Origin: Schizochytrium sp. TIO01 | Taxonomy: Eukaryota > Protista > Bigyra: Labyrinthulomycetes | Length of the DNA: 64,000 nt | Reading direction: 5' to 3' | Assembly (NCBI GenBank): GCA_004764695.1 | Contig: SMSO01000036.1 | Coordinates: 248,001-312,000, forward strand | Shown here: one piece after another, positions 45,503 through 56,133 of the stretch | How the letters are laid out: every line of letters begins with the position of its first letter | Numbering within the stretch: the first letter of the stretch is position 1 | The notes under the pieces: model-generated | Seen by the model: the letters and a program-made list of their open reading frames with translations, nothing else | What the model was told of the DNA's origin: nothing | Databases searched by the model: none | Program-made: the position numbers and the translations under genes

Positions 45503-46205
45503 GTATGAAGGCATGCATTTTAGTTTTGTGTTGTGGAATGCAATACGGTGCTATGCGAGCGAGGCAATATATTCAATCGATTTTTCTTCGCATTTTGAAA
45601 AGAGAATCATGACCCCAGAATGCAACAAAGATCTTGTTTGCATAGACACAAATGTTCATAAAGAAAATAAAAGAATTGATGACCAGGTTTCAATACCCCC
45701 CCCTGTTTCAGCCCTTGTCAGCGATAAGTTCTGAATTCGTGAGAGAGTCTTGCATATTGCGAGGTTCGCTGCACACCACGGAAATATATGGAACTTGAGA
45801 CGCACTATGCTTGTACTTGCAACATAGTACCTTTCAAGTGTGACACAATACTGAAATAAAAAGCGAAACGGCTACAACGTAGCAACAGCAGTCAAAGTGT
45901 CTGCGCAAAACAAACGTAAAAGACAGAATAACAACATATAGAACGAATAACCGAAGGAAGATGAAAAAGAAGAGAGAGATAATGGCGGAGACGAAGTAAA
46001 GGCACATAAAAGATATACGGCAGCGACGAGAAAACATATGAGCAACACCATTACTGCATTTTCTACCAGGCTTAAACCAAGAATTGAAATCTATAAGGTA
46101 GATTGGAGGAGAAGAGAATGAGAATGGAGGAACGTTTCCCACAGGTTTATCAATTTAGAGAAACCAACACAGAAGCAACAAACCCAGTTTCTGGTCCAGG
46201 GAACC

Positions 46206-48645
46206 TTAGGCATCCTCCTCGCCTTCATCATCATCATCCTCTTCACCAATGTAATTCTCATAGAAAGTAGAGCAAACATCTGTAAATGAGATCACACGAT
46301 TGGGCACCTGGGCATCATCAACAACATACAGATGATGAACGTTGGTGGCGAGTAGCTTGGAGACAACCATCTGTAGTTTGTCCTCCTCGTTGACTCCAAA
46401 GTACGGGAAGACCTCCATATCGGAGCGCTCACGAGCCTCAATAATGTACTTCCAGCATGTTGTGACAAGCAATGAAAAGCGCTTCTCCTGGAAAACGTAC
46501 TGGATATCGCTCATACTAATTGATCCAGAAAGTACACCAGTGCTGGGGTCAACAACAGCGACAACGGAGTGACGAGTCTGATGCATGAGGTGCATTGCCT
46601 CAAGTACAGTCTGGGTCTTTTTAACGCTCTTGACGGGGCTGTGGCCAACGCCGAGGTTGGACACAGAATCGCTGAGGATAATATCATCACGGCCCTGAAC
46701 ATTAATCATAATGTACTGTACCAAAGCTGAGGGAGAAAGTACTGCAACAATTTCATCACTGTCTGCAGCCTCAACGAGGGCCCTTCGAAGCTTCATCTTG
46801 TGAAAAAGGGTTACAGCCTCCATGAGAGATGCGTTCTCCTTAATGGTGACTTTCGGATTGCGCGTACTTAGGTCAATCGCCTCTGCAACAGCAACCATCC
46901 CAAGCTGATGCCAGACATTGGTTGTGCTGGGTACTGATCCGATAGACTCCCAGTCCATCTTGAGGAGGTATGCCACTGCATCAGAGAAGTCTACCAGGCC
47001 CACGCAATCACTCTTATCCTCAGTGAACACCGGCAACGAGCTGATCCCACTCTCTGCCAACTTGGTGCAAACATCAAGCACCTTATCATCCTCTACAGCA
47101 TAAATAAGCTCCTTGCCGCTACTCTCCGCTCGCTGCGGCGCAACCACATCCGCCACTGTGGCGCCCTCTAAAATCTTGCGGACAACGTGCTCGCCCATTG
47201 TTCCTGCGCTCGATGCAATCCTCTTTCCCGAGCTGTCGAATCTCCCGCTCAGTCCTTGCAAATTTCTGCCGTGCTCAAAACCGTGCGTGATTTCTCGATC
47301 GTTGCCCTGATCGTCTTTGTGTCCTTCTTCGCTCACGTTCTCCAGGTCGTCCAGGTGGTCCTTGTTTGCGTCCGCGGACGCCTTGTTTGGGAGCGACTTG
47401 GTGCCGCCTCGCAGTCTGCGGGACCCCGATACCGCTGCCGCCGCGATATCTGCGTACGCCGTCGACGCCAGAGACCGTGTGCTTGTCCTTATCCTCGTGC
47501 CAAGCCTGCCCAGCAGCGCCGCCTTGCCGCCCACGTTGCCACTCTGCCGCGAGCTCCTCGAGGAGTTCCCGCTTCTTCGATTTCCCTTGCCGTTCTGTTC
47601 TTTCCCCGCAGACGCGCCACTCCTATCCGTGCCATAGCTGCTTCTACCGTTCTCCTCCTCCCCGCGACTCCTACCGCTACTCCTACTGCCACTAGCCGCC
47701 GTATCTTCTTGTTCTTCCTCTTCTTCGCTCCCTTCTCTTCCTCCTTCTCCTGGGCCAGGCGTATCTTTGGGCCCTAGCCCCCCGCTACCGTATTTATTAG
47801 GAGTGCGGTGGCGGCGGGACGATGAGGAACGCAGGGGCCCCGCGGTGACGCCGAGCCAGGTGGGCACTGAGCGAGCGCGTGCGAGCGGAGGGGCCCCTCG
47901 GTTACCGCTGTCGAGGGACTCAGTGTCAGCGTTATCGGTATCTGCGGTGCTAGCGGATTCCTCGAGGGCATCGTCGAAAGAGGCGCTTCTCTGTAAGGCA
48001 GGGTTGGGCGTCGATACCGATGTGGCACCCCCGCTGCCGCCTGGGGAGAGGGCCCGCGCTGCTCTCCGGAGACGCTCGGCGGGGCTCTCGGACGCGTCGT
48101 CGCCGAGCCCCAGTCGCCTGGACATCCTCGCGCCCGCCGTGCGCGCCCGACGCCTGTACGAGTCCGGCACGATGGGCCGCGGGCTTACAGCTTCCTCCGT
48201 ATCCCAGGGGTCCCCCAGTTCGCCCCCTTCCTCTGCCTCTGTGACCTCGTTCTTGGCGCCATTTTTGCTGTTGCTGCTCCGCCTCCGCCGTCTGCTGCCG
48301 CTGGCGCTGCTGTTGCTGGTGGTGGCACTGTCGCGGCGGCCAGTCTTCGCCTTGGACGCCTTTATGCTGTTCTTGAAGGTGTCTCTGAGCCCGCTTGCGA
48401 TACCCTTGGCGTTCCCATGCGTGGTGTTTTCGCCGCTGTCTGAGTCTCGGTCCGAGTCGAGGTCGAGCGTGATCACGAGCGTGGCGTCCGAGTCGGAGTC
48501 GGAGTCAGACTTGGCTCGAGTGGCAGCGCTCGCCAGCCTTCGCAGCGCGCTGCCTGCGTCCCACGGCATCGTGAAGAGCGCCCTCGGATCGCACCAGGAT
48601 TGCTTATTGTCCTCAGCTGGGGCGATTGCCGATGCGGGAGTATTA

Positions 48646-48680
<35 letters not shown>

Positions 48681-48767
48681 AACAAGGGTGCGAGAAGCGT
48701 GGCTTGGGATTGATCGCGAGGCGGCCTGCGACTTGCGCGGGATCCAGGCGCCTTCTGCTTGTGGCAT
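46206..48767 (-). CDS. CBS-domain protein (AMPK-gamma/SDS23-like, four CBS repeats) with a long disordered N-terminus
   Basis: The C-terminal ~300 aa has CBS patterns (LAESGISSLPVF...VGLVDFSD; LMEAVTLF; VLEAMHLM...VAVVD...GSISMSDI; LLATNVHHLYVVD...VISFTDV). The first ATG is at 48767 and the frame is open to 48851, so an upstream exon is possible. Poly-Ser is encoded by a trinucleotide run at ~48649-48680. Confidence 0.8.
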
Positions 48768-49161
48768 GCCTTGTGGCGGCGAAGCGCATTTGCTGGAACC
48801 CGGCGATTCTTCGTCGCCGTTGTCAGTGTCGCCGGAGTCGTTGTTTTCCAAGTTGTCTTCAAGTTCTTGTACTTTATATACTTAGTATATGATATGATAT
48901 ATTTTTAACGAAACTTTAATTTTTCAATTTTAAAACCTATCCATTTTAGAAGCCATCTGGCGAGCTAACGCTGTGACAATGCGGTTCGTCGTGATGCGAA
49001 GGCTCCTGAAAGCCGTCGTGTGGAACTATCTGAAGCGTTGTGGAACTATTCTGAATAAACTCTAGGTAGGATCTGCCTTGATGATCGCTCTTTTTGGCCT
49101 TTTTTGAGACCGCCTGAATTCTTCGCTTGCTTCCTCTTTCCTTCTTTCTTCTTAGTAGAAA

Positions 49162-49341
<180 letters not shown>

Positions 49342-52300
49342 AGAAACAACACTGTTGAAAAGGTTTCACTTAAAGTTTACAAATCAGATCATGACAGAAA
49401 TAGGCGGATCCCTGCATGATGCGTGAAAACGGCGCCGTAGCAGCTTCTGAGGGCGGTCTTCGTCGCGCTTTCGCCGTCCGCCATTGCTAAATGTAGCAGC
49501 GCACGCACGGTCATTACTGATATCGATGCCATCTTTAATTTTCACTACGTCACTTGGGTGCAGGCAGAAGAGAGTGTGCGTTTCCTTGCATGGATTTGCA
49601 CTCACGTGGTCGCTCGCTCGATTCGCTCGACTTGCTCGCTCGCTCGCTCGATACATTCTGGGCTCCGGTACCCTTCCTGCTCGGGGGAGGGGGAGCTACC
49701 TAGGGACAATACGTGCGATCGATAGCCTTGACTTAGAGCTCAGTCTCAAGCTATTCAGAAACCTGCAAGCTAAGCTATTCTTCATGCATTGTCCGAGTCA
49801 CACATGAAGAATGAATGACACGCTAGCACGTGCAGCTTCTTTTAATTTTTAACTTTTAATTAAAAATGAAAATAAACATAAACATAAATAAACATAAATA
49901 ATAAATTATCATTGGCGATAAATAACTGATGTTCATGTATAATTAAATTAATTCGATGATAATTATCGTGTCATTACTGGGGTGAGAAAACTAACTCAAA
50001 GTAGCAAGGTTGCCAACCACCGGCACGTCGTTGCGTGTCGTGAGATATATAAGCGGCTGCAGAAGCCATAGAGCTTGCGTTGAGCGGGCACCTTGCCCGT
50101 CGATGGGCGCTGGGGAATGCAGGCAGGTGAAGGTCTTGGAAGCAGCAGGTGCCAAGGTACTGCCACTTCTAATTGCTACCTGAGGAGTGTAATAACAAGG
50201 TACTTCCTGAATCCGGAGTGATTTACAAAGTCGCACACCGTGACTTTCATTCGGCACACCTTCAACTTGATCTTATGTACCTACCTAGGTAGCAGGGTAC
50301 GATCAAGATCATGAATTATCATGTGGCTGTCAAGTCGGAGAGCATCAGCTGCATAAGATTCGTAGCTGTGGACGCTACAATCAACGATCCCTCCTTACGG
50401 CCCAAGATCGGAGCCTATAAAGCACAAATAGCTGTCAGTGTCAAGCGTATTCCTCTCCTCCCGCGCGACCATTTGGCAGCATTTTCAATGAAGACCTGGA
50501 TGAAAATGAGGAGCGTGACGACAGAGGCCACGACCCAACGAGCGAGCGAATATACTGTGTGCACTAATTCGAGATGTCCAAGGAGGAACCAAAGGGCGTC
50601 ATTAGCATTAAGTAACGGCACTGCTCTCACAAAAACCTTCGTGGTCCGCGGTTGCCTCTAGTATGAACGATTTTGACATTGGGGCATAGGTAAGATTGTT
50701 GACTCTGCATGACCGTAATCTATATGATAAACAAAACATTTAACGAGCACGGTCACGGTAGACTCAAGGTACCATGCTGTTTGTGAAAGACGCTTTTTCT
50801 CGTAGACGCAAGCGCTCCAACTCAGCATCAAACTACTCTATATTGAACAGCTGCTTAGCAAGAATACTGGCTCTCAGCCAATAATAGAGATAGAAACTCA
50901 TGGGAGCAACGCAATTATACCGCTCAAGGTAGATGCACGGGAAGCCCACTGTGGCTCAGCTCATTTATAGTCTGCAAGGGCACGCACCACTAAATTAGTA
51001 ATACATGAAACGCTTGCTAACATCAGGCCATCTACCTGACCTATAAAGATTCTGAACTTAGTCCTGCCATCGGCAAGCCAAAGACAGCGAATTTATCATG
51101 ACATTTGGGCTATACTGAATTGCAGAGAACCTGCATTTCTTCTTGGCAATTTTAGAATTTTTATTTTTTTATTTTTTTTAACAGCATAAAAAGAAATACA
51201 AAAAGACAACAGACACGCAAATGTTGTTTTGTTTTTAGAACAAGCTGCATGGCAGGAAAATGTCGCCAATACTTCTGACATCGAAAAAAATACATATTAC
51301 ACTTATCTGATGTTGCGTCAAGGCTCGCCTCTAGATTACCGCGAACTATAGTTAGCAAAGCTAGCTCATTCCAAGGTGAACTACAACGATGAGCACCTGA
51401 GTTGCAAGTTCGCTATACGGGAGGCGAAATAAGAGAACCAAAATAGTCTTCGAATTATTTTAGTAATAGTACTATTTATACAAAATTAAGTCCTTCCACA
51501 CAATCCACTTTACTAGAAACTATTTGAAAGTCGCCAGGTAGCAAAGTCTCTGAAGACCTGCCTCGCTGTCGAGTTTATTTGCTTTGCAACCTCTCTGTGT
51601 TTTTCATCCAAGTTCAATTTTGTTTCTTTCCGACATCAAATCTGAGTCTCCTTTTCGTGCCTGACAATATTTGTTCTAAATTTTACCTCATTTGTGCCCT
51701 TTGTAAGTAAGTGCGCCTGGGCCTAAGTCGCTCATATGTATTTAGATCCTGTAACCTTAAACCTCGTTCATCTCTGATGCAGAGTTCATCATATTCCTCA
51801 AAACTCCTCTCAGAGCTATGGGACATTCTGATACATTCAAAGTGTGTAGGTGTACCGCTGATTCAAGGGCCCAACAGACTGCCGCCTTAAGCTGATCTCT
51901 TCTTGCTATGTAGTGCATGATATAGCCTTGTTTCTTTTCATTGTTGATTTCATACATGTACTCAAAGTAAGAAATGAACGACGTATCGAACTTGATGAGT
52001 GTCATTGTAACTCAGTTAAATGCAGTGCAAGAAGCGCAGTGAAGAGAATCTGATTACAATCAATGATTTTGGAATTCCGCATAGTACATTTGTGGCACGG
52101 CTTCGAACTTTCACGAATGAAAACAAAACTGTAGCTAGATCCTCTTGTTTGCACTCATGCTTGACTGCATCTTCACTAGGACTTCATGTATTGCAGACCA
52201 GACCTTTGCAGAACAAACTATGCTTTCACAATGCTCCCAAGAGCCCTCTTAACAGCAGCCACCTCGTGTAATGAGCTTATTTTTCTTCCTTTAGAATGCT

Positions 52301-52356
52301 TCCTCTTAGGCCTGTGTTCTCCGTCTGCTTTAACCATTGCATTTATCGCAACACAA

Positions 52357-54303
52357 CTAGCGCATTAAGTTTTGCCGTAAGACATTTAGTAGTTCGGGAT
52401 GCTGCTGAGAGAGCTTAAGAAGGTCTTGACTTGAGATAGTCTCACTTGACTTTGCAAGCTCTTCGATAAGTGTCTTACTTTGTTTAAATTCTGCTCGCAA
52501 ACGAGACTCTGAACGCTGCAACACACTACGGAGATCTTCATTAAGTCTCATGGAGCCAAGCCCACCTGGAGTTCCGTCATTATCAATCAGATCCAAATAA
52601 AAATCAAGGCAAGCCTCCGCGCTTGATTTTTGTTGAGCGCTCTCCCCGTTCTTGTTTTTGGTAGCGATTAAAAGGCTAATCCCTCGTAAGATTTCCTCAA
52701 GAGATACAGAACCAGAATGGTCTGTGTCAAAAGCATCAAACAATCGATCCAGCAGCTTTTGCTGATCAAGACGTTGCAGTCCAAAGTGTTTACCCATAAT
52801 ACGACGGAATACCTTACGTGTCATGGACCGCGAGGCCTTACTTCCGTTTTTGGTACGTTTGTGCAAGACAGAGTACTCTTTGTACACTTGCTTTAGATTC
52901 TCCAAAGAAAAGGCAACTGAGCTTTGCCTTTGTGAGCTCTGAATTTCTTCCATGACATCAAAAGCAGTAGTTGGTAAAGGTAACGCGCGGAGAAGACTTT
53001 TGTATAGCTTAGGATGCATTTGCAAACTCTTTTTAAACTCATCCAGCGAAATTCGTCCACTTTGGTCCGTATCTAAATGGCTGAAGAAGTCCCGCGCGTA
53101 GTCAATACTTGCTTTGAGATCGCCTTGGTTTTTAGCTATTACATGCGTCAGCTCTTGAAGATTAATATTTCCATCAGCAGACAAATCAATACAAGCAAAA
53201 AGCAAGCTGATTTTATCTTCCACTCCTGAGTTCAAGGTCTTCACCATGCCCATGATGAGCTCCTTGAAGTCTACAGTTCCGTTGCTATCTGTGTCAAAGA
53301 GTGCAAACAGGCGTAACAAAAGAGCCTGATGACCTTCTAATTGAGGATATTCCTTTGTGAGAAACGCACAAAAACGCTCCACTGTCAGTGCACTTGCTAA
53401 AGCTTCGTCATAAAAGCGCTCCCTGAGCTTTTGCAAATCAGAAGCCGAGAACTGTGTAATTGATTGCAGTTCATCAAGTGTAGTATCCTTAGCAACAGAT
53501 TCCAAGTACTGCGTTCTCCGTGTACCAGTTGGCGTAGGAGACGCAATAGAAAAAGACACTTTACCTGGACTTTTCTTCGCAAGAGTTGTCCTCTTTTTGC
53601 TTGGTATAATACGCCGTCCTGAGGTGTCTGCAACACCACCAGCCCGCATTACACGGAGAGATTCAGGTCGAAAATGTTCAGGCTTACATGCCAACGGAGG
53701 ATATATCCCTTTGTGAAGCTGCAATTTGCGTTCTTGTGCTCGCTCCAGTTTTTCCTCCCAAGCGTCCGAGCGAATCTGCCATTGGGCAAAAGGATGTTTG
53801 TTCAGAGTTTTGCGAAGCTGTCGCCCTTTTGCATGACTCTCAAAGTCCAGTAAAATGTCCCGCCAGCTCTCAGGGAATCTACCCTCCTCTAGAGAAAAGG
53901 CCGGGGGTAATGATGTTCTTCGCCTGCGATTCTGACCCATTGGTGGCACCTTTCCGGTGCCATCGTTCTGGGCAGCAGACTCAGGACCAAAGTTCCCGAC
54001 TCGAGTCGTGGCAAGGTGCTGAAGTAGGGATCGTTCTACAAAACCATTTTCTTCTGGATCCAGGCGCTTGAAGACATCTTCAAGAACCTCAATTCGCGTT
54101 TCAAGGTCCAATAACGCAGCCGCCTTAAAGAAACCTGGTTTCGTAATAATGCCGGTCTTCTTGAGATCCATCTCCTCAAGAATGTTATCCACAACGTTGG
54201 CCATCTCCTCAGGCTTGGACCATATCAGCATCCTTCGTGATGATACCACGGCATCTCGCACAACACTGTGCAAGTCTCCATTGCTCGAGTAAGTCGCGCC
54301 CAT
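52357..54303 (-). CDS. N-myristoylated multi-EF-hand calcium-binding protein (NCS/calcineurin-B-like modules)
   Basis: MGATYS N-terminus; EF loops DLKKTGIITKPG, DPEENGFVERSL, DTDSNGTVDFKE, DLSADGNINLQE, DTDQSGRISLDE, DTDHSGSVSLEE. Confidence 0.85.
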   Translation of the reverse strand: MGATYSSNGDLHSVVRDAVVSSRRMLIWSKPEEMANVVDNILEEMDLKKTGIITKPGFFKAAALLDLETRIEVLEDVFKRLDPEENGFVERSLLQHLATTRVGNFGPESAAQNDGTGKVPPMGQNRRRRTSLPPAFSLEEGRFPESWRDILLDFESHAKGRQLRKTLNKHPFAQWQIRSDAWEEKLERAQERKLQLHKGIYPPLACKPEHFRPESLRVMRAGGVADTSGRRIIPSKKRTTLAKKSPGKVSFSIASPTPTGTRRTQYLESVAKDTTLDELQSITQFSASDLQKLRERFYDEALASALTVERFCAFLTKEYPQLEGHQALLLRLFALFDTDSNGTVDFKELIMGMVKTLNSGVEDKISLLFACIDLSADGNINLQELTHVIAKNQGDLKASIDYARDFFSHLDTDQSGRISLDEFKKSLQMHPKLYKSLLRALPLPTTAFDVMEEIQSSQRQSSVAFSLENLKQVYKEYSVLHKRTKNGSKASRSMTRKVFRRIMGKHFGLQRLDQQKLLDRLFDAFDTDHSGSVSLEEILRGISLLIATKNKNGESAQQKSSAEACLDFYLDLIDNDGTPGGLGSMRLNEDLRSVLQRSESRLRAEFKQSKTLIEELAKSSETISSQDLLKLSQQHPELLNVLRQNLMR

Positions 54304-55225
54304 CGCGACAGTCCCCTATGCGGCGTCTTACACACCGTATGCCACTGCTGCTCGCAGCCAGTTCTGCCCTTGGTTGCTCAAGAACCGCTTGTAGAAACTT
54401 GCTTCCTCGCTCACTGCTGTGTTAACCAACAAAAACAAGAGAGCAACAAGGCATTAAGCTGGACTTTTCCTCAAGGGCTCCGCGGCGCCGTGAATCCTCC
54501 AAAATGACTCATACCTCACCCAAAAATAAATCTAAGCCATTCCCAAATCTGCATATTCACAAATGCTCGCGCTGCTGGTTCGCGGACCCTGGTGTGTACC
54601 GGTGATGACAAAGTTGGGAATCGATGCTAATACTTAATAGTCGATACTAGCCATCAAATGAAGCTCGCAACAAGATTGACATTTCAGCAGAAGACAAACG
54701 TAGCCTTGGAAAGGGAAGGACGCGGCCGATGGGAACAAAGCATAGGTCGAAAGAATGGCCGCAGACTCCGTGATAGCTTAGAACAGTTTACCTTTCCATG
54801 ATTTTAGTTTGTATTCTTTTTTTTTTTTTCCAACTTGAATTTGTAAATTTAAAAAAAAAAAAAAAAAAGCACCTGTTTTTAGTACCTGTAAACCTAGTGC
54901 ATATAATGCCGTTGATAGAATGATGAAGAATAAGATCAAATGTAAAAAGTGGCGAATAGTAGAACTTGAATCAAGAACTGAACCTGGGTTTGCAAATACT
55001 TAAAAAAGTAAGCTTCCAGCTTCCAAAGGTCTACACCCTGTGTTGAGCTTTTCTTTGTCAGAGAACTGTGATAGTGTCCTGCTAAAACGATTGCCCGCAA
55101 ACCTTTTACACAAGCAGTACTCAGTACTTTTGCAGATAATAGTAGCTGGGTAGCTCGAAAAGGTTGTGTTCGAAACCTGTAGAACGCCAAGTCTAGAGAT
55201 AACATTTGCTTTACATAATATTCTA

Positions 55226-55834
55226 ATGCGTCAGAATAGAAGATCCGTGGCAAGCGTTGTCGCCGATGGCAATTCAAGCTCTGCACGAAGACTCACAGGT
55301 CTTGCGGCGAGCTCTGGAAGCGCCCGTGGAGGAAAGAACATCGGAATTCCTGGGTTAGACGGCACAGATGACCCTCACGTGATGAACACTCAGATGCAAA
55401 TGCAAATGCAAATGCAAATGCAAATGCAGTACCAGCTTATGGGTATGGCGCCTTGGCCTGGCATGAAAATGAGGGGTAAAGACACCGTCGAAATTGATAC
55501 TCCTGAGGATGTAGATCGACATCTTTTTTTGCAAGAAATCTTCAGACAGTATGCAGAGGCTCGAGATCAAGAAAAAGTTCGTGATGTTGATCAAGCTGAA
55601 GCAATGCTGAGCGCTTCCACAAAGCTTCGCCACAGTGATACAATGTTTGAGGATTTCCTCAAACAGAAAGACCTTCGATGTTCTAATCTCCGGTCAACAG
55701 CTAGCCTTATTGAAATCATGCGCGAAAACAAGCGCCGAAAGGCTGAGGCAGAGGTTTTAGACGACGCCCATCAGGAGATATCTGATCGTCGCGATACTCT
55801 CCATCGCTTCAGAGACAATATTTGCAGAGGATGA
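55226..55834 (+). CDS. Hypothetical helical protein with a (QM)n repeat
   Basis: First ATG at 55226 (MRQNRRSV...), ~202 aa. Protein-like charged helical C-terminus; (ATGCAA)n at ~55391-55429; AT-rich flanks. Confidence 0.6.
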   Translation: MRQNRRSVASVVADGNSSSARRLTGLAASSGSARGGKNIGIPGLDGTDDPHVMNTQMQMQMQMQMQMQYQLMGMAPWPGMKMRGKDTVEIDTPEDVDRHLFLQEIFRQYAEARDQEKVRDVDQAEAMLSASTKLRHSDTMFEDFLKQKDLRCSNLRSTASLIEIMRENKRRKAEAEVLDDAHQEISDRRDTLHRFRDNICRG

Positions 55835-56133
55835 AGAAGACGATGATTTAGGATGTGAAGCGAGTGATGATTTGTTGAACAGACAAAGCACTGCTCGCAA
55901 CATATTATCATAAAAGGGAAAAAATGAGAAAAAATGAGAAAAAATGAGAACATGCATTTAAGTTTAATTTCGTAAAAGCAGTCTCCTCTGATCATGAACT
56001 CTAATCGGTATTTTAAAAACAAGGGATACAAAGAGAACAAAACCTTGACTAAAAAATTCTGGATAAAATGTTATAATCAATTTTAGAAAAACACATATCA
56101 ACAATTTAAAAGCAAGTGGTCAGGGCACCAATT

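Noticed and set aside
47767-48885. 372 aa + strand ORF, and the + strand ORFs at 16-2491
   Set aside because: Antisense shadows of GC-rich minus-strand genes; the Leu/Ser/Ala runs mirror the sense-strand repeats.
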